Origin: Candidatus Hydrogenedentota bacterium
Lineage (GTDB): Bacteria > Hydrogenedentota > Hydrogenedentia > Hydrogenedentales > SLHB01
Length of the DNA: 64,000 nucleotides
NCBI GenBank assembly: GCA_963674865.2
Contig: CAXXYE010000011.1
Coordinates: forward strand, 256,001 to 320,000
Direction of reading: 5' to 3'
The notes beneath the pieces were generated by a model, which was given only the letters and a program-made list of their open reading frames with translations, did no database searches and had not been told where the DNA came from. Position 1 is the stretch's first letter, and each line of letters starts with the position of its first letter. Shown one piece after another: positions 19,175 to 28,826 of the stretch. A program made the position numbers and the translations under genes.

Positions 19175-20389
19175 CTAGGCTCCCGGCGCGTCCACCAGCC
19201 GAGCCGTTTCGCGAGCGATGACAAGCTCTTCGTTTGTCGGGACAACAAGCACGGAGACCTTCGCATCGGCTGTTGAGATATCTCTCTCGTTCCGCGCGTT
19301 CTTCTCGGCATCGATGGCGACGCCCAGGTAGCCCGCCCGCTCGATCACCCGCGCCCGCACCGTCGGTGAGTTCTCGCCGATACCGGCCGTGAAGACGATC
19401 GCGTCCACGCCCCCCAATACCATTGAGTACATACCCACGTACTTCGATATGCGGTATGTGAACATCTTCAGCGCCAACTGGCAATTCGCGTCGCCGGCTT
19501 CCGCCCCCTCCTCAACGTCGCGCATGTCCGTGCGTCCGCAGATACCTTTCAGGCCGCTCTCTTTGTTGAGCGTGCGATCTACCTCATCGATGCTCATGCC
19601 CAGCTCGCGCTGCATGAAGATCGGCACGTAGGGATCCAGATCGCCTGGCCGCGTGCCCATCATCACGCCGCCCAAAGGCGTCAGGCCCATGCTTGTCGCC
19701 ACGGCCGTCCCGCCCTTCACCGCCGTGATGCTGCTGCCATTGCCCAGGTGGCATGTGATGATGCGTGTGTCCGCCGGATCTTTGTCCAGCATCTTCGCGG
19801 CTTCCTGCGACACGTACATGTGCGATGTGCCGTGGAAGCCGTACTTCCGAACCTGGTGCTTCCTGTAAATATCGATCGGAATGCCGTACATATAGCATTC
19901 GGGCGGAATCGTGTGATAGAAGGCGGTGTCGAACACGGCCACTTGCGGGATATTCGCAAAGATCTTCGAACAGGCCCGGATCCCGAGCAGGGCCGGCGGA
20001 TTGTGAAGTGGCGCGAGCCGCGCGCATTCCTCGATGCCGTGCACCACCTCATCGTTAATGAGCACCGAACCGGTGAATCGCTCCCCGCCGTGCACTACCC
20101 GGTGTCCGATGCCCGCCAACTCGGAAAGATCGCGGATCACTCCGCATTCCTTGCTCAGGAGATACCTGCAGATCACATCGATCGCGGCTTGATGATCCGC
20201 GATGTCCGGATGCGGATCCACCAGATCGCACGTCCCCTTCGGCTTGCGCGGGCAGGAGCAGGACAGTTCCGGCTCCTCGAGACCGATGCGCTCGGCCACG
20301 CCTTTGGCAAGCACTTCATTGCCGCCATCACACTCGAACAACTGGAATTTCACCGAGGAAGAGCCGCTATTGAGTACCAAAACCTTCAT
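19175..20389 (-). CDS. ackA: Acetate kinase
   Basis: MKVLVLNSGSSSVKFQLF, GHRVVHGG, LAPLHNP, VFDTAF, YGFHGTSH, CHLGNG, FTAGIGENS, PTNEE. Confidence 0.97.
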   Translation of the reverse strand: MKVLVLNSGSSSVKFQLFECDGGNEVLAKGVAERIGLEEPELSCSCPRKPKGTCDLVDPHPDIADHQAAIDVICRYLLSKECGVIRDLSELAGIGHRVVHGGERFTGSVLINDEVVHGIEECARLAPLHNPPALLGIRACSKIFANIPQVAVFDTAFYHTIPPECYMYGIPIDIYRKHQVRKYGFHGTSHMYVSQEAAKMLDKDPADTRIITCHLGNGSSITAVKGGTAVATSMGLTPLGGVMMGTRPGDLDPYVPIFMQRELGMSIDEVDRTLNKESGLKGICGRTDMRDVEEGAEAGDANCQLALKMFTYRISKYVGMYSMVLGGVDAIVFTAGIGENSPTVRARVIERAGYLGVAIDAEKNARNERDISTADAKVSVLVVPTNEELVIARETARLVDAPGA

Positions 20390-20445
20390 CGACAAGCATC
20401 TCCAATACTGCTTCGGGCGGATACCCGAATCACTCCAAGGGGCGT

Positions 20446-21441
20446 TTACGCCGCCCCCATCTGGCTCTGAACCACAGTGATCGCCGCCACGCCTACAATG
20501 TCCGACGCCGAGCACCCCCGGGAGAGGTCGTTCACCGGCGGAGTCAGGCCCTGGATGATTGGCCCATACGCCTGCGCCCCTCCCAGCCGCTCAACAAGCT
20601 TATATCCAATATTTCCCGCGTTGAGATCGGGGAATATCAACACCTTGGCTTGGCCCGCCACCGCGCTGCCGGGAGCCTTCTTCGCTCCCACCTTCTCGAC
20701 CACGGCCGCGTCGAGCTGAAGCTCCCCGTCAATCTGCACGGGCGAGTCCTGGCCAAACCGCTCCAACGCCCCGGCTTGCGCAAGCCGCGTGGCCTCGACG
20801 ACCTTCTGAGTCAAAGGACTGTCCGCTGAACCTTTCGTCGAATAGGAAAGCATCGCCACGGAAGGTTCGATGCCGAAACTCATGGCCGACTGCGCCGTCT
20901 CAAGTGCTATCTCGGCCAACTGCTGCTCATTCGGATTCTCCATCAGGCCGCAATCCGAGAAGAGATACACCGTCTCATCGCACACCATGAAGAAGAAGCT
21001 CGAAACCAATGCTCGCGAACTCCGTAGGATCTGCAGAGCGGGGCGTAGCGTGTCTCCCGTCGAATGGATTGCCCCCGCCACGAGGCCATCGCCTTTCTTC
21101 GTCCGAAGCATCATGACCCCGTGATAGATGGGGCCACTCAAGAGCTTTGCCGCATCGTCCTTTGTAAGACCCTTGGCCTTCCGCAGCTCGTACAGGGCCT
21201 CAATGAACTCCTCGCGCCATGCGGCCTTGGCCGGATCTACGATAGAGAACTCCTTGGCGATGCCTGCCTCTCCCAGCTTGGCCCGCACCATGTCCTCGTC
21301 ACCGATCAGTGTGACGGATGCTATCCCCTTCTCCTCGATCTCGACGGCGGCGCGCAACGTCCGCTCGTCCTCCGGCTCCGGCAATAAGACCCTTCTCGGA
21401 TCCTGTTGTGCCTTCTCGATGACGCAGTCTATGAATCCCAT
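20446..21441 (-). CDS. pta: Phosphate acetyltransferase
   Basis: VLLPE..DER, SSFF, FSDCG, AMLSYSTKGS, IDGELQLDAA, FPDLNAGNIGYKL, NDLSRGC. Confidence 0.97.
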   Translation of the reverse strand: MGFIDCVIEKAQQDPRRVLLPEPEDERTLRAAVEIEEKGIASVTLIGDEDMVRAKLGEAGIAKEFSIVDPAKAAWREEFIEALYELRKAKGLTKDDAAKLLSGPIYHGVMMLRTKKGDGLVAGAIHSTGDTLRPALQILRSSRALVSSFFFMVCDETVYLFSDCGLMENPNEQQLAEIALETAQSAMSFGIEPSVAMLSYSTKGSADSPLTQKVVEATRLAQAGALERFGQDSPVQIDGELQLDAAVVEKVGAKKAPGSAVAGQAKVLIFPDLNAGNIGYKLVERLGGAQAYGPIIQGLTPPVNDLSRGCSASDIVGVAAITVVQSQMGAA

Positions 21442-21723
21442 AATCTCACCTATAGTTGATGCGGCGACAAGGTTGGAATGGCGCTCCCGGGGGGCGCCCC
21501 GCGAAAGATGCGTGACGAAGACGCTCAGGCAAGTTCATTCCGTCCCATCCAAGACATACACCAAGTGCGCCATATGATAGCCCTCGCGGCGGGCATTGGC
21601 AAGTCGGAGTCCTCGCAAGTACCTGATGACGTCGCCAAGCCGCGAAAATCACGGCTATTACACCCGCGTCGGCGCGATCACTCCCTGGAGTCTTGTCGGG
21701 GCCGTGCGCCTTAGCACGAGATG

Positions 21724-21753
21724 TTGACGCCCTTCCGGGACCTAACCTAAACT
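21724..21753 (+). promoter_or_regulatory. Putative sigma70 promoter for pectate lyase gene
   Basis: TTGACG-N18-TAAACT about 50 nt upstream of the start. Confidence 0.4.
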
Positions 21754-21807
21754 ACGTGAAACTGGACGAAATCAATCCAATCCAACCGAAGAAGCGAGGG
21801 TTATGTG

Positions 21808-23289
21808 ATGAGAACCGTGTCCAAGACAACCTTGATCGTGGCCATGATGGCGGCAACGCTAGCGTTTCTGTGTGTCGCTTCGGCTCGTGCCCAGGAGCGT
21901 GAAGATGTATTAGCCGCCATGAAGAAGGCCACCGCCTTCATGATGGATACCGTCTCAACCCACGGCGGCTTCCTCGACAAATACACGGAGGATTTGTCTG
22001 ATCAATGGGGCGAAGTGCCTGCACGCGACACGATGATCTGGGTGCAAGATCCCGGCACCGTCACCGTCGGCAACATGTTGCTAGACGCGTACAAGGCTAC
22101 CGGCGATCCCGCCTTCCTCGACGCCTCGAAGCGTGCCGCCAACGCCCTCATCTGGGGGCAGCATCCCTCCGGAGGATGGCACTACTTCATCGATTTCGAC
22201 CCGGCCGGCACGCAGCAATGGTATGACGAAGTCGGATCCAAAGCGTGGGGATGGGAGGAGTTCTACCACTACTACGGCAACTGCACCTTTGATGACGACA
22301 CCACCACCGCCGCGGCCGATTTCCTCCTCGATCTCTACACAACGACCCTCGAGCCCCAGTACCGTGCCCCTTTGCTAAAAGCCCTTGATTTCATTCTCGA
22401 CTCACAGTATCCCGAAGGGGGATGGCCTCAACGCTATCCGCTGCGCTACGAGCACGTAGTCGAGGAGCGGCCCGACTACACCTCCTTCTTTACCTTCAAC
22501 GACGGTGTTATCGCCAACAACATCTATTTCCTCCTCAAAGCGTATCGACGCCTGGGCGACGAGGCGTACAAGCGGGCCGCCATGCGCGGCATGTACTTCG
22601 TTGTGATCTCCCAGCTCGGAACGCCCCAGGCCGGCTGGGCGCAGCAATACGACATGGATCTTCAGCCCGGTGCGGCAAGGAATTTCGAGCCAAAGTCCCT
22701 TTCTCCCAGCACGACCGTCTCCAACATCCACGACCTCATGCGCTTCTACAAGATCACCGGCGATCGCCGCTTTCTACGCGGCATTCCCGACGCCATTACC
22801 TGGCTCGAGAATTCCTATCTTCCCCCGGGACACTCCGACGAGGGCCACACCCACGCCCAATTCGTCGAACTCGGCACTAACCGGCCCCTCTACGCGCACC
22901 GTGAGGGCACAAGCATCGACGACGGGCGCTACTGGGTGGACTACGAGCCCGGAAACTTCCCCGGCCACTACGGCATGCAGGGCCGCATCGATGTCCCCGC
23001 GCTCAAGAAGGAGTATGAGCGCGTCTATGCTCTATCCCCGGAGGAGGCCATGGCCCAATACCGCGCCGGGCAAGACGCCGAGGCGCCCATCTCAAGCGTA
23101 ACTGCGGAGACGGCCCAATCGCTCATTGATTCGATGGACGCGCGCGGCGCCTGGATCGAGGATCTCAAGGCCAAGGACCACACCGACTGGAAGAACAAGC
23201 CGCAACGCGCCTTCCGCGGTATCAGCACCCGTACCTACGTGCGGAACATGTACGCCCTCATGAACTACATCCGCGCCCTCGACAACTAG
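21808..23289 (+). CDS. Secreted pectate lyase, PL10 (PelA/Pel-15E) family
   Basis: Signal peptide. TFDDDTT, QYPEGGWPQRYP, TFNDGV, WAQQYD...ARNFEP. Confidence 0.88.
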   Translation: MRTVSKTTLIVAMMAATLAFLCVASARAQEREDVLAAMKKATAFMMDTVSTHGGFLDKYTEDLSDQWGEVPARDTMIWVQDPGTVTVGNMLLDAYKATGDPAFLDASKRAANALIWGQHPSGGWHYFIDFDPAGTQQWYDEVGSKAWGWEEFYHYYGNCTFDDDTTTAAADFLLDLYTTTLEPQYRAPLLKALDFILDSQYPEGGWPQRYPLRYEHVVEERPDYTSFFTFNDGVIANNIYFLLKAYRRLGDEAYKRAAMRGMYFVVISQLGTPQAGWAQQYDMDLQPGAARNFEPKSLSPSTTVSNIHDLMRFYKITGDRRFLRGIPDAITWLENSYLPPGHSDEGHTHAQFVELGTNRPLYAHREGTSIDDGRYWVDYEPGNFPGHYGMQGRIDVPALKKEYERVYALSPEEAMAQYRAGQDAEAPISSVTAETAQSLIDSMDARGAWIEDLKAKDHTDWKNKPQRAFRGISTRTYVRNMYALMNYIRALDN

Positions 23290-23297
23290 TCCGCGGC

Positions 23298-24752
23298 TCA
23301 GACAAGGCGGCGCTCTTTACCGGCCCCATCGACAAGCCGGAGCGGCTGAGGGAGTGACGTGGGGAGTCTCGGCTCAATCGCGGTGGCCTGCGCCGCCCGT
23401 GAGCTCCGGAGTTGCTTCATCGCCCCCTGCACATAGCCGGGCGCCTTGCTCGCCGCAAGCCAGAGGGCCAGGCACAGACTGCCCGCCAGAAATGCATTTC
23501 GCCACACATTGGCGCGGCGATCTCCCATGAGCGAGCGCTTGTTGATCAGGTAGATCATGATGATGATCGCCATGGGCACGATGACGATGTTGAGCCCCAT
23601 CAGCAGGACCATCTTCAGCAAGGGCGGGAACTTCCAGAACGTCGACAACACCGCCGGCACGCCTACCCAGAACACCAGCAGCCACCGGAACTTCGAGTTC
23701 TCCCTCGTGTAGTGCCAGTCCTGACGGAAGGCATCCAGGCAGAAGTAGCACATGAGCTGCGATACCACCACCAGTGTGTTCAGGCCGCACGTGAACAGGC
23801 CGACGGCGAAGACCTTCGGCGCCAACACGCTCAGGGCGGCCGGGAAGGCCCGTGTGAGCACCTTGCCCGCCTCGTGAACCGTCTGGATGCTCGCGTGGTT
23901 AGGCAGCGTGTGCAGCGCGAACCCGCCTGCGACAAGGACGAATGTCGAGTACAGCCCGAACATCAGTCCTAGCGTGAACACGGATTTCCAGAAATACCGC
24001 GGCATGTCCTCGGGGCGTGCCTTGTCATCCGACGTGAAGTACGAAAAGCTGAGGATGGGCGCCGCGGCCAGCCCGCCCCCCGCGATGGCGACGATAGACG
24101 AGTACGTCTGGCGCTTTACTTCCGTGCCCGCTACCGCCAGATCCTCCGGGATACTCGGGATGAGGCCCATCGCGATGGCCCCCATATCCTTCAGGCCGCG
24201 CAGGGCGACGACGAAGAAGCAGATGAACACGAAGAACAGCAGGCCCGTCATCACCTTCTGCACACGCTTGTAATTGCCGGTGAGGAGTACCGAAAGCACC
24301 GCCGCCGCGAACACCAGCGAGAGCACCGCCTGGGCCGTCGTATAGCCTGAAGCCGCTGTGCCTTCCGGAGGATAATGGCCGAAAATCGACAGAAATGATG
24401 CGCTCATCACCGAAAACATGCCCATATTCACGAATACGTTGAAAAGCACCATCACCACCAGGACAAACCACGTCACGGCGGGATGAATCTCGTCCCGTAT
24501 CACCGCCAGCATGCCTTTCCCGCCCGACATGATGCCGACGCGCGCCCCCGAATCCAGGCATACTACGATGGCCGGCAGCGAGATCATCGCTATCCAAAGC
24601 AGATCATAGCGAAACCAAGCCCCCGCCAAAACCAGCGAAGTGGTCGATCCGGGCCCCATGATCCCCGCCGTCATTATGGCCGCCGGGCCGACAATCGCGG
24701 CAATCGGCGCCAACCAAGGCGGCAACTTGCTCCGTCGATGCTCTTCTGACAC
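23298..24752 (-). CDS. NRAMP/MntH-superfamily membrane transporter (divergent)
   Basis: About 11 TM helices. GPAAIMTAGIMGPGSTTS..AGA.F.YDLLW, and C-terminal N.RSLMG..AN. Confidence 0.8.
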   Translation of the reverse strand: MSEEHRRSKLPPWLAPIAAIVGPAAIMTAGIMGPGSTTSLVLAGAWFRYDLLWIAMISLPAIVVCLDSGARVGIMSGGKGMLAVIRDEIHPAVTWFVLVVMVLFNVFVNMGMFSVMSASFLSIFGHYPPEGTAASGYTTAQAVLSLVFAAAVLSVLLTGNYKRVQKVMTGLLFFVFICFFVVALRGLKDMGAIAMGLIPSIPEDLAVAGTEVKRQTYSSIVAIAGGGLAAAPILSFSYFTSDDKARPEDMPRYFWKSVFTLGLMFGLYSTFVLVAGGFALHTLPNHASIQTVHEAGKVLTRAFPAALSVLAPKVFAVGLFTCGLNTLVVVSQLMCYFCLDAFRQDWHYTRENSKFRWLLVFWVGVPAVLSTFWKFPPLLKMVLLMGLNIVIVPMAIIIMIYLINKRSLMGDRRANVWRNAFLAGSLCLALWLAASKAPGYVQGAMKQLRSSRAAQATAIEPRLPTSLPQPLRLVDGAGKERRLV

Positions 24753-24928
24753 GTCCGTGACTCCTTCCGTCCTCCCGGCTTACGTGTATCCCTCGACCCC
24801 TGCCGCGCATTCTAGCACGAAAACGCCGCTTCTAAGGAAGAACGGGGGGTATTGTTAGATATCGAATGGGGAGGAGTACACCGCCCTTGCAGTTGCTCGA
24901 ACGCGAAGAGAGTCCCGGAGCCGATGTG

Positions 24929-26203
24929 TCAGTTGAGTTCCTGCAAGCCTTGTAGGCTGGCTTCGAGGTCGTAAACCGTCACGGACGACTCTCTGGTTAC
25001 ACACGCCAAACGCCGCCCGTCCGGAGAGACATACGGCGTCTCAGACGTCCACGCCCCACCCAGCCGCCCCATAACGCGCTTCGGCCCCAACGACACACAC
25101 CAGTAGTCGGCCTGCTCGCCGTCCGTAGTTCGCACGCACGCAAAACACCACATACCGTCGGTGCTGAACGTCCCGACGGTGCAGTAACGAAGCGGCGTGT
25201 CATATAGCGGCCCGAGCAGTGCCTTCAGATCAACCAGGAGGGTGCAACGGCCTGAGTCCAGTTGGCAATCCCAGATCTCCCAGCGTTTTTCCCTTCCATT
25301 TGGCCCGCTGTCCTCGACTTCATAGCGCACGATGCCGCCACGCTCGGCGTACGCCCCGAAGGCGGTGAAACTGTCCGGCAACTCCGCCAGCACCCTCGGG
25401 CTCGCCCCCTTTTCAAGAGGGTGAAACGTCAATTCATCGCATCTTTGGCCGGCGACGTGAATGCCCAGGATGGAGCGGCTCTCATTACGGTACGTCTTGT
25501 AGACGAGAGCCGTATCATCATAACTCCATTGCGGCAGTGTGAAAGAGCTGCGCCCGGCCGCGATAACGTCAATAGTGTTGTCGGGATGAATCAGCAGCGT
25601 CTTCCGCGATTCCATGAACTCCCGCAGCGCGTCCGGATCCGGCCACATCCCGAGTTCTTCCCTCGGTTCAACAGTAACAAGGAGTTCCTTGCCGCTTGGC
25701 GAGTATTGCGCCCAGTTCGGATATCCGCCCAGATCTCTCGGCCCGAGCGTTCGGATGACGCTGAGGTCGGCGTCGTCGATTTCCATCAGCAGCTCGGCAT
25801 AGGTGGGCAACTTAGTCAAGGGAATGCGCCCGGATTTCACATAGGTGCCGATAAGGAGGCGGCGTCCCTGGGGATCCCAAGTTGTGGATGTATAGTGAAC
25901 CTTTGCGTCTATCGGCAGCTTCTGGCAGGTATGTTCTGCTACCGTGAGGATCGTCAGCAGTGTCTCCGGGCCTTCCGTGGTGAACCACGCGAGCCGCTGG
26001 CCGTTGGGGGACCAGAAGACGGCAAGGCCATCCCGAGGGGCCCCCGTTACGCTAATCGAACAGATCTTCTGCAGACTACGCACGTCTCGCCGTTCCCAGT
26101 GTGACGCCTCGGACGCGAATCCCGGGGTGCGTCCGCACTGGCCGCAAGAAGCAACAATCCAAACCGGCAGTGTCAAGAAGGCGAGTCTTCTGGCCATTAT
26201 CAT
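24929..26203 (-). CDS. Secreted or lipoprotein TolB-like (PD40) beta-propeller
   Basis: WSPNGQRLA, WDPQGRRL, YSPSGKEL, WSYDD, VSPDGRRLA repeats. N-terminal hydrophobic segment ending VAS-C. Confidence 0.75.
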   Translation of the reverse strand: MIMARRLAFLTLPVWIVASCGQCGRTPGFASEASHWERRDVRSLQKICSISVTGAPRDGLAVFWSPNGQRLAWFTTEGPETLLTILTVAEHTCQKLPIDAKVHYTSTTWDPQGRRLLIGTYVKSGRIPLTKLPTYAELLMEIDDADLSVIRTLGPRDLGGYPNWAQYSPSGKELLVTVEPREELGMWPDPDALREFMESRKTLLIHPDNTIDVIAAGRSSFTLPQWSYDDTALVYKTYRNESRSILGIHVAGQRCDELTFHPLEKGASPRVLAELPDSFTAFGAYAERGGIVRYEVEDSGPNGREKRWEIWDCQLDSGRCTLLVDLKALLGPLYDTPLRYCTVGTFSTDGMWCFACVRTTDGEQADYWCVSLGPKRVMGRLGGAWTSETPYVSPDGRRLACVTRESSVTVYDLEASLQGLQELN

Positions 26204-26364
26204 GGCGGCTCCCATCCTGTGTCCCCAATAACCGAGGTCTCATATCTGTCTACAGCCAACCCCGTGGGACTATTCGCTGGCTTGGAGAACGCTAGAGCAC
26301 CCGACGTTGCCTCCTGAGGGCCCACGCCACCCGCAGTCGGAGCCGGGCGTATAGATGGAAAGAT

Positions 26365-26381
26365 GGGGGAGATGCTCCCCC
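26365..26381 (-). terminator. Probable terminator after pcm
   Basis: gggggag-atg-ctccccc stem overlapping the pcm stop, followed by atcttt on the minus strand. Confidence 0.5.
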
Positions 26382-27031
26382 TAATCCGGCCAGCCATCTT
26401 CACCGATGAGAGGCACGAATACGCACCCGATGCCGTGCTCCTCCTCGAAGCCTCTATCCGTTCGGATGATCCTCTCGAGCCGCTGGATATCGCGCGCTCC
26501 AGAAGGGCAGACGAGGCGGCCCCCGACCTTGAGTTGCTCCTCCAGGGCACGCGGAACGTGCGGCGCCGCCGCCGTTACGATCACGGCGTCATACGGCGCG
26601 TACTCCGGACAGCCGAGCGTACCGTCTCCCACCACGACAGTGACGTTACCGTAGCCCAGTTCTGCGAGAAGGGCTCTCGCGCGCTGCGCAAGGGCCTCGT
26701 GCCGCTCGATGGTGATGACCTCGGCCGCCAGCGTCGCCAGAATCGCCGCTTGGTAGGCCGAGCCCGTGCCGATCTCCAAGACCCGATCCGTGGGCGCCAA
26801 TTCGAGCAGCGCCGTCATGAAAGCGACCATATAAGGCTGCGAGATCGTCTGGCCGCAGCCGATATCCAGAGGATGATCCTCGTAAGCGCTGGCTTCGTCT
26901 TTCTCGGGGACGAACCGGTGCCGCGGCACCGTACGCATCGCGTCGAGTACGCGCTCATTCGAGACGCCCCGCGCCTCGATCTGCGTCCTGACCATCCGAT
27001 GCCGCCTCTCGGTGAATCGGCCGGATGTCAT
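26381..27031 (-). CDS. pcm: Protein-L-isoaspartate O-methyltransferase
   Basis: VPRHRFVP, AYEDHPL.IG.GQTISQPYMVA, VLEIGTGSAYQAA, APYDAVIVTAA, FVPL. Confidence 0.96.
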   Translation of the reverse strand: MTSGRFTERRHRMVRTQIEARGVSNERVLDAMRTVPRHRFVPEKDEASAYEDHPLDIGCGQTISQPYMVAFMTALLELAPTDRVLEIGTGSAYQAAILATLAAEVITIERHEALAQRARALLAELGYGNVTVVVGDGTLGCPEYAPYDAVIVTAAAPHVPRALEEQLKVGGRLVCPSGARDIQRLERIIRTDRGFEEEHGIGCVFVPLIGEDGWPD

Positions 27032-27051
27032 GGCGTCCCGCTCCTGTCCCG

Positions 27052-27345
27052 CTACTCGCCGTAAACCTGTTGAGTGACGAAGTTGAGTAGGATGGTTAGG
27101 GATACGAGTTTCACGACCCAAACCGCGAAAAGCGCCGCAATAGGGGCGAAGTCGAAGGGCCCCATGGGAGGGAGGATGCGGCGCGCAAGACGGATAAGGG
27201 GATCCGTGGCCCGGCCGATCCAGCGAAGCCGCCCCGCGCGAACGTCAATATCGATCCATGAGCCGAGCCAGTTCAGCAGGATCAGCAGCATGTACAGGGA
27301 AAGCGCGCTCCCGACGAGGCGGATCACGATGTCTGGGACTTGCAT
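27052..27345 (-). CDS. yggT: YggT family membrane protein
   Basis: SW...TDPL...RRILPPMG.FDFAPI. AGGAG RBS before ATG 27345. Confidence 0.9.
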   Translation of the reverse strand: MQVPDIVIRLVGSALSLYMLLILLNWLGSWIDIDVRAGRLRWIGRATDPLIRLARRILPPMGPFDFAPIAALFAVWVVKLVSLTILLNFVTQQVYGE

Positions 27346-27899
27346 GAAAAAGGACACTCCTGCACGCAGGTGTAAATCGGCCCGTGCGGCGTCAACTGAC
27401 TTGAGAATAGTGACATACCCCGAGCGTGGAATTCACCCCCATCAAAGTTGGCTTCGCTACGCAAGCACTCCATCAGCGGCTCCGCATCGCGGGCGTCTCG
27501 AATCCGCGCCAAGGTGACATGCGGATGGAATGGCTTCCTGTCCGGGTGTAGTCCAATGGCCTCCGCCGCCTCCTCGGCCACTGCGTGTGCGCCTTTCAGG
27601 CCACCCTCCAGCGGCCCTATCCCGGCCCACATCACGCTCGGGCGGCGGAGGTTGGGGAATGCTCCCACGCCCGAAACATGAAGGCGGAATGCGTCCAGGC
27701 CGGCCGCCCCCTTAAGCAAGTGCTCGCCCACGCGCCCTGCGGCCTCGTCCGAAATGTCGCCCAAGAACCTGAGCGTGAGGTGCATGCGATCGGGCCTCGT
27801 CCACGAAGCCCGGACGCCGCACCGCCGCAGGCGATCGTTCAGCACGCCCATGCCCTCGCGGATCGCTTCCGGCAGTTCAATGGCCACAAAAGCCCTCAT
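27324..27899 (-). CDS. thpR: RNA 2',3'-cyclic phosphodiesterase (2H phosphoesterase)
   Basis: MRAFVAI, HLTLRFLG, FHPHVTLAR, S.L...GP.Y. Confidence 0.94.
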   Translation of the reverse strand: MRAFVAIELPEAIREGMGVLNDRLRRCGVRASWTRPDRMHLTLRFLGDISDEAAGRVGEHLLKGAAGLDAFRLHVSGVGAFPNLRRPSVMWAGIGPLEGGLKGAHAVAEEAAEAIGLHPDRKPFHPHVTLARIRDARDAEPLMECLRSEANFDGGEFHARGMSLFSSQLTPHGPIYTCVQECPFSCKSQTS

Positions 27900-27922
27900 C
27901 TGAGCTCCTCAAGAAGAAGCGG

Positions 27923-27977
27923 AAAACGGGGACTGACACAAGCGGAGCGAAGCGAAGACGTGTCTGTCCCTGCTTTT
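27923..27977. repeat. Intergenic palindrome (REP-like)
   Basis: gggactgacac ... gtgtctgtccc (10/11 inverted) around a loop containing gcggagcgaagcgaag, flanked by aaaa/tttt. Confidence 0.6.
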
Positions 27978-28016
27978 AGCGGCAAAGATGACGCACGATT
28001 GGCGAGAGTCATGCCA

Positions 28017-28688
28017 CTATCCCCGTCGCATCAGTTGCGCCCAAGCTGCGTCGTCGGCGCACGCCGGCGGGATGCCGATGTCCGCCACGACCAAGCGGCC
28101 TAGGTACGCCGCTGCGGACGGATTCTCGAAGCCACGCTTCGCGAACTGGAACGTCACTGTTGTCTCGGCGCGGACGCAGCAGCCGCATGGCTCGCCCGTA
28201 TCCGTGTCCAAACCTGACGGCAAGTCCACGGCCACGGTGCGTACCGCCGGCCAATGCTCGATGGCTGTACGCACAATGCCCCGGACCTCGCCCCGGACGC
28301 CCGTCCCAAGCACCGCGTCCACGAGTACTGCGCAGTCGGCCAGGCCGCCGAGTTCCGTTATCACCGCGGCGTCGTCCTGAGCGACTCTGATCACCCCGCC
28401 CACGCGTTGATACGCGCGCAGGAACACCGCCGCATCGCCCACAATGCTCCCCGGCTCCGCCAGCACCACCACACGCGTGTCGAATCCCGCGAGCAACGCC
28501 AGACGCGCCACCACGAAGCCGTCCCCGCCGTTATTTCCCTTCCCGCAGACGACTCCTACCGGGCCGCCGTCAATCTCACGAAACACCGCCGTTCCGGCGT
28601 TATTCATCAGCACGGCCCCGGGGATGCCAATCTCCTCGATGCACCGCCGATCCGCCTCACGCATCTCCGCCGCCGTAAGTGTTCTCAT
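28017..28688 (-). CDS. nnrE: NAD(P)H-hydrate epimerase (stand-alone YjeF_N)
   Basis: MREAD, LMNNAG, CGKGNNGGDG, VDAVLGTG, AVDLPSG, TVTF..K.G, VADIGIP. Confidence 0.93.
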   Translation of the reverse strand: MRTLTAAEMREADRRCIEEIGIPGAVLMNNAGTAVFREIDGGPVGVVCGKGNNGGDGFVVARLALLAGFDTRVVVLAEPGSIVGDAAVFLRAYQRVGGVIRVAQDDAAVITELGGLADCAVLVDAVLGTGVRGEVRGIVRTAIEHWPAVRTVAVDLPSGLDTDTGEPCGCCVRAETTVTFQFAKRGFENPSAAAYLGRLVVADIGIPPACADDAAWAQLMRRG

Positions 28689-28826
28689 GCCCATCTCACT
28701 AAGCTCTCAGGATGTGATTTCGCTACAATCGTTCTACCATGTTGACTGGTTCCGGTTCCATTGTCGATCTGGCGCTTAGAGAGAGACTTTTGGCCAGAAC
28801 GGGGCCGCAGTCTCGCACGCTGCTGC

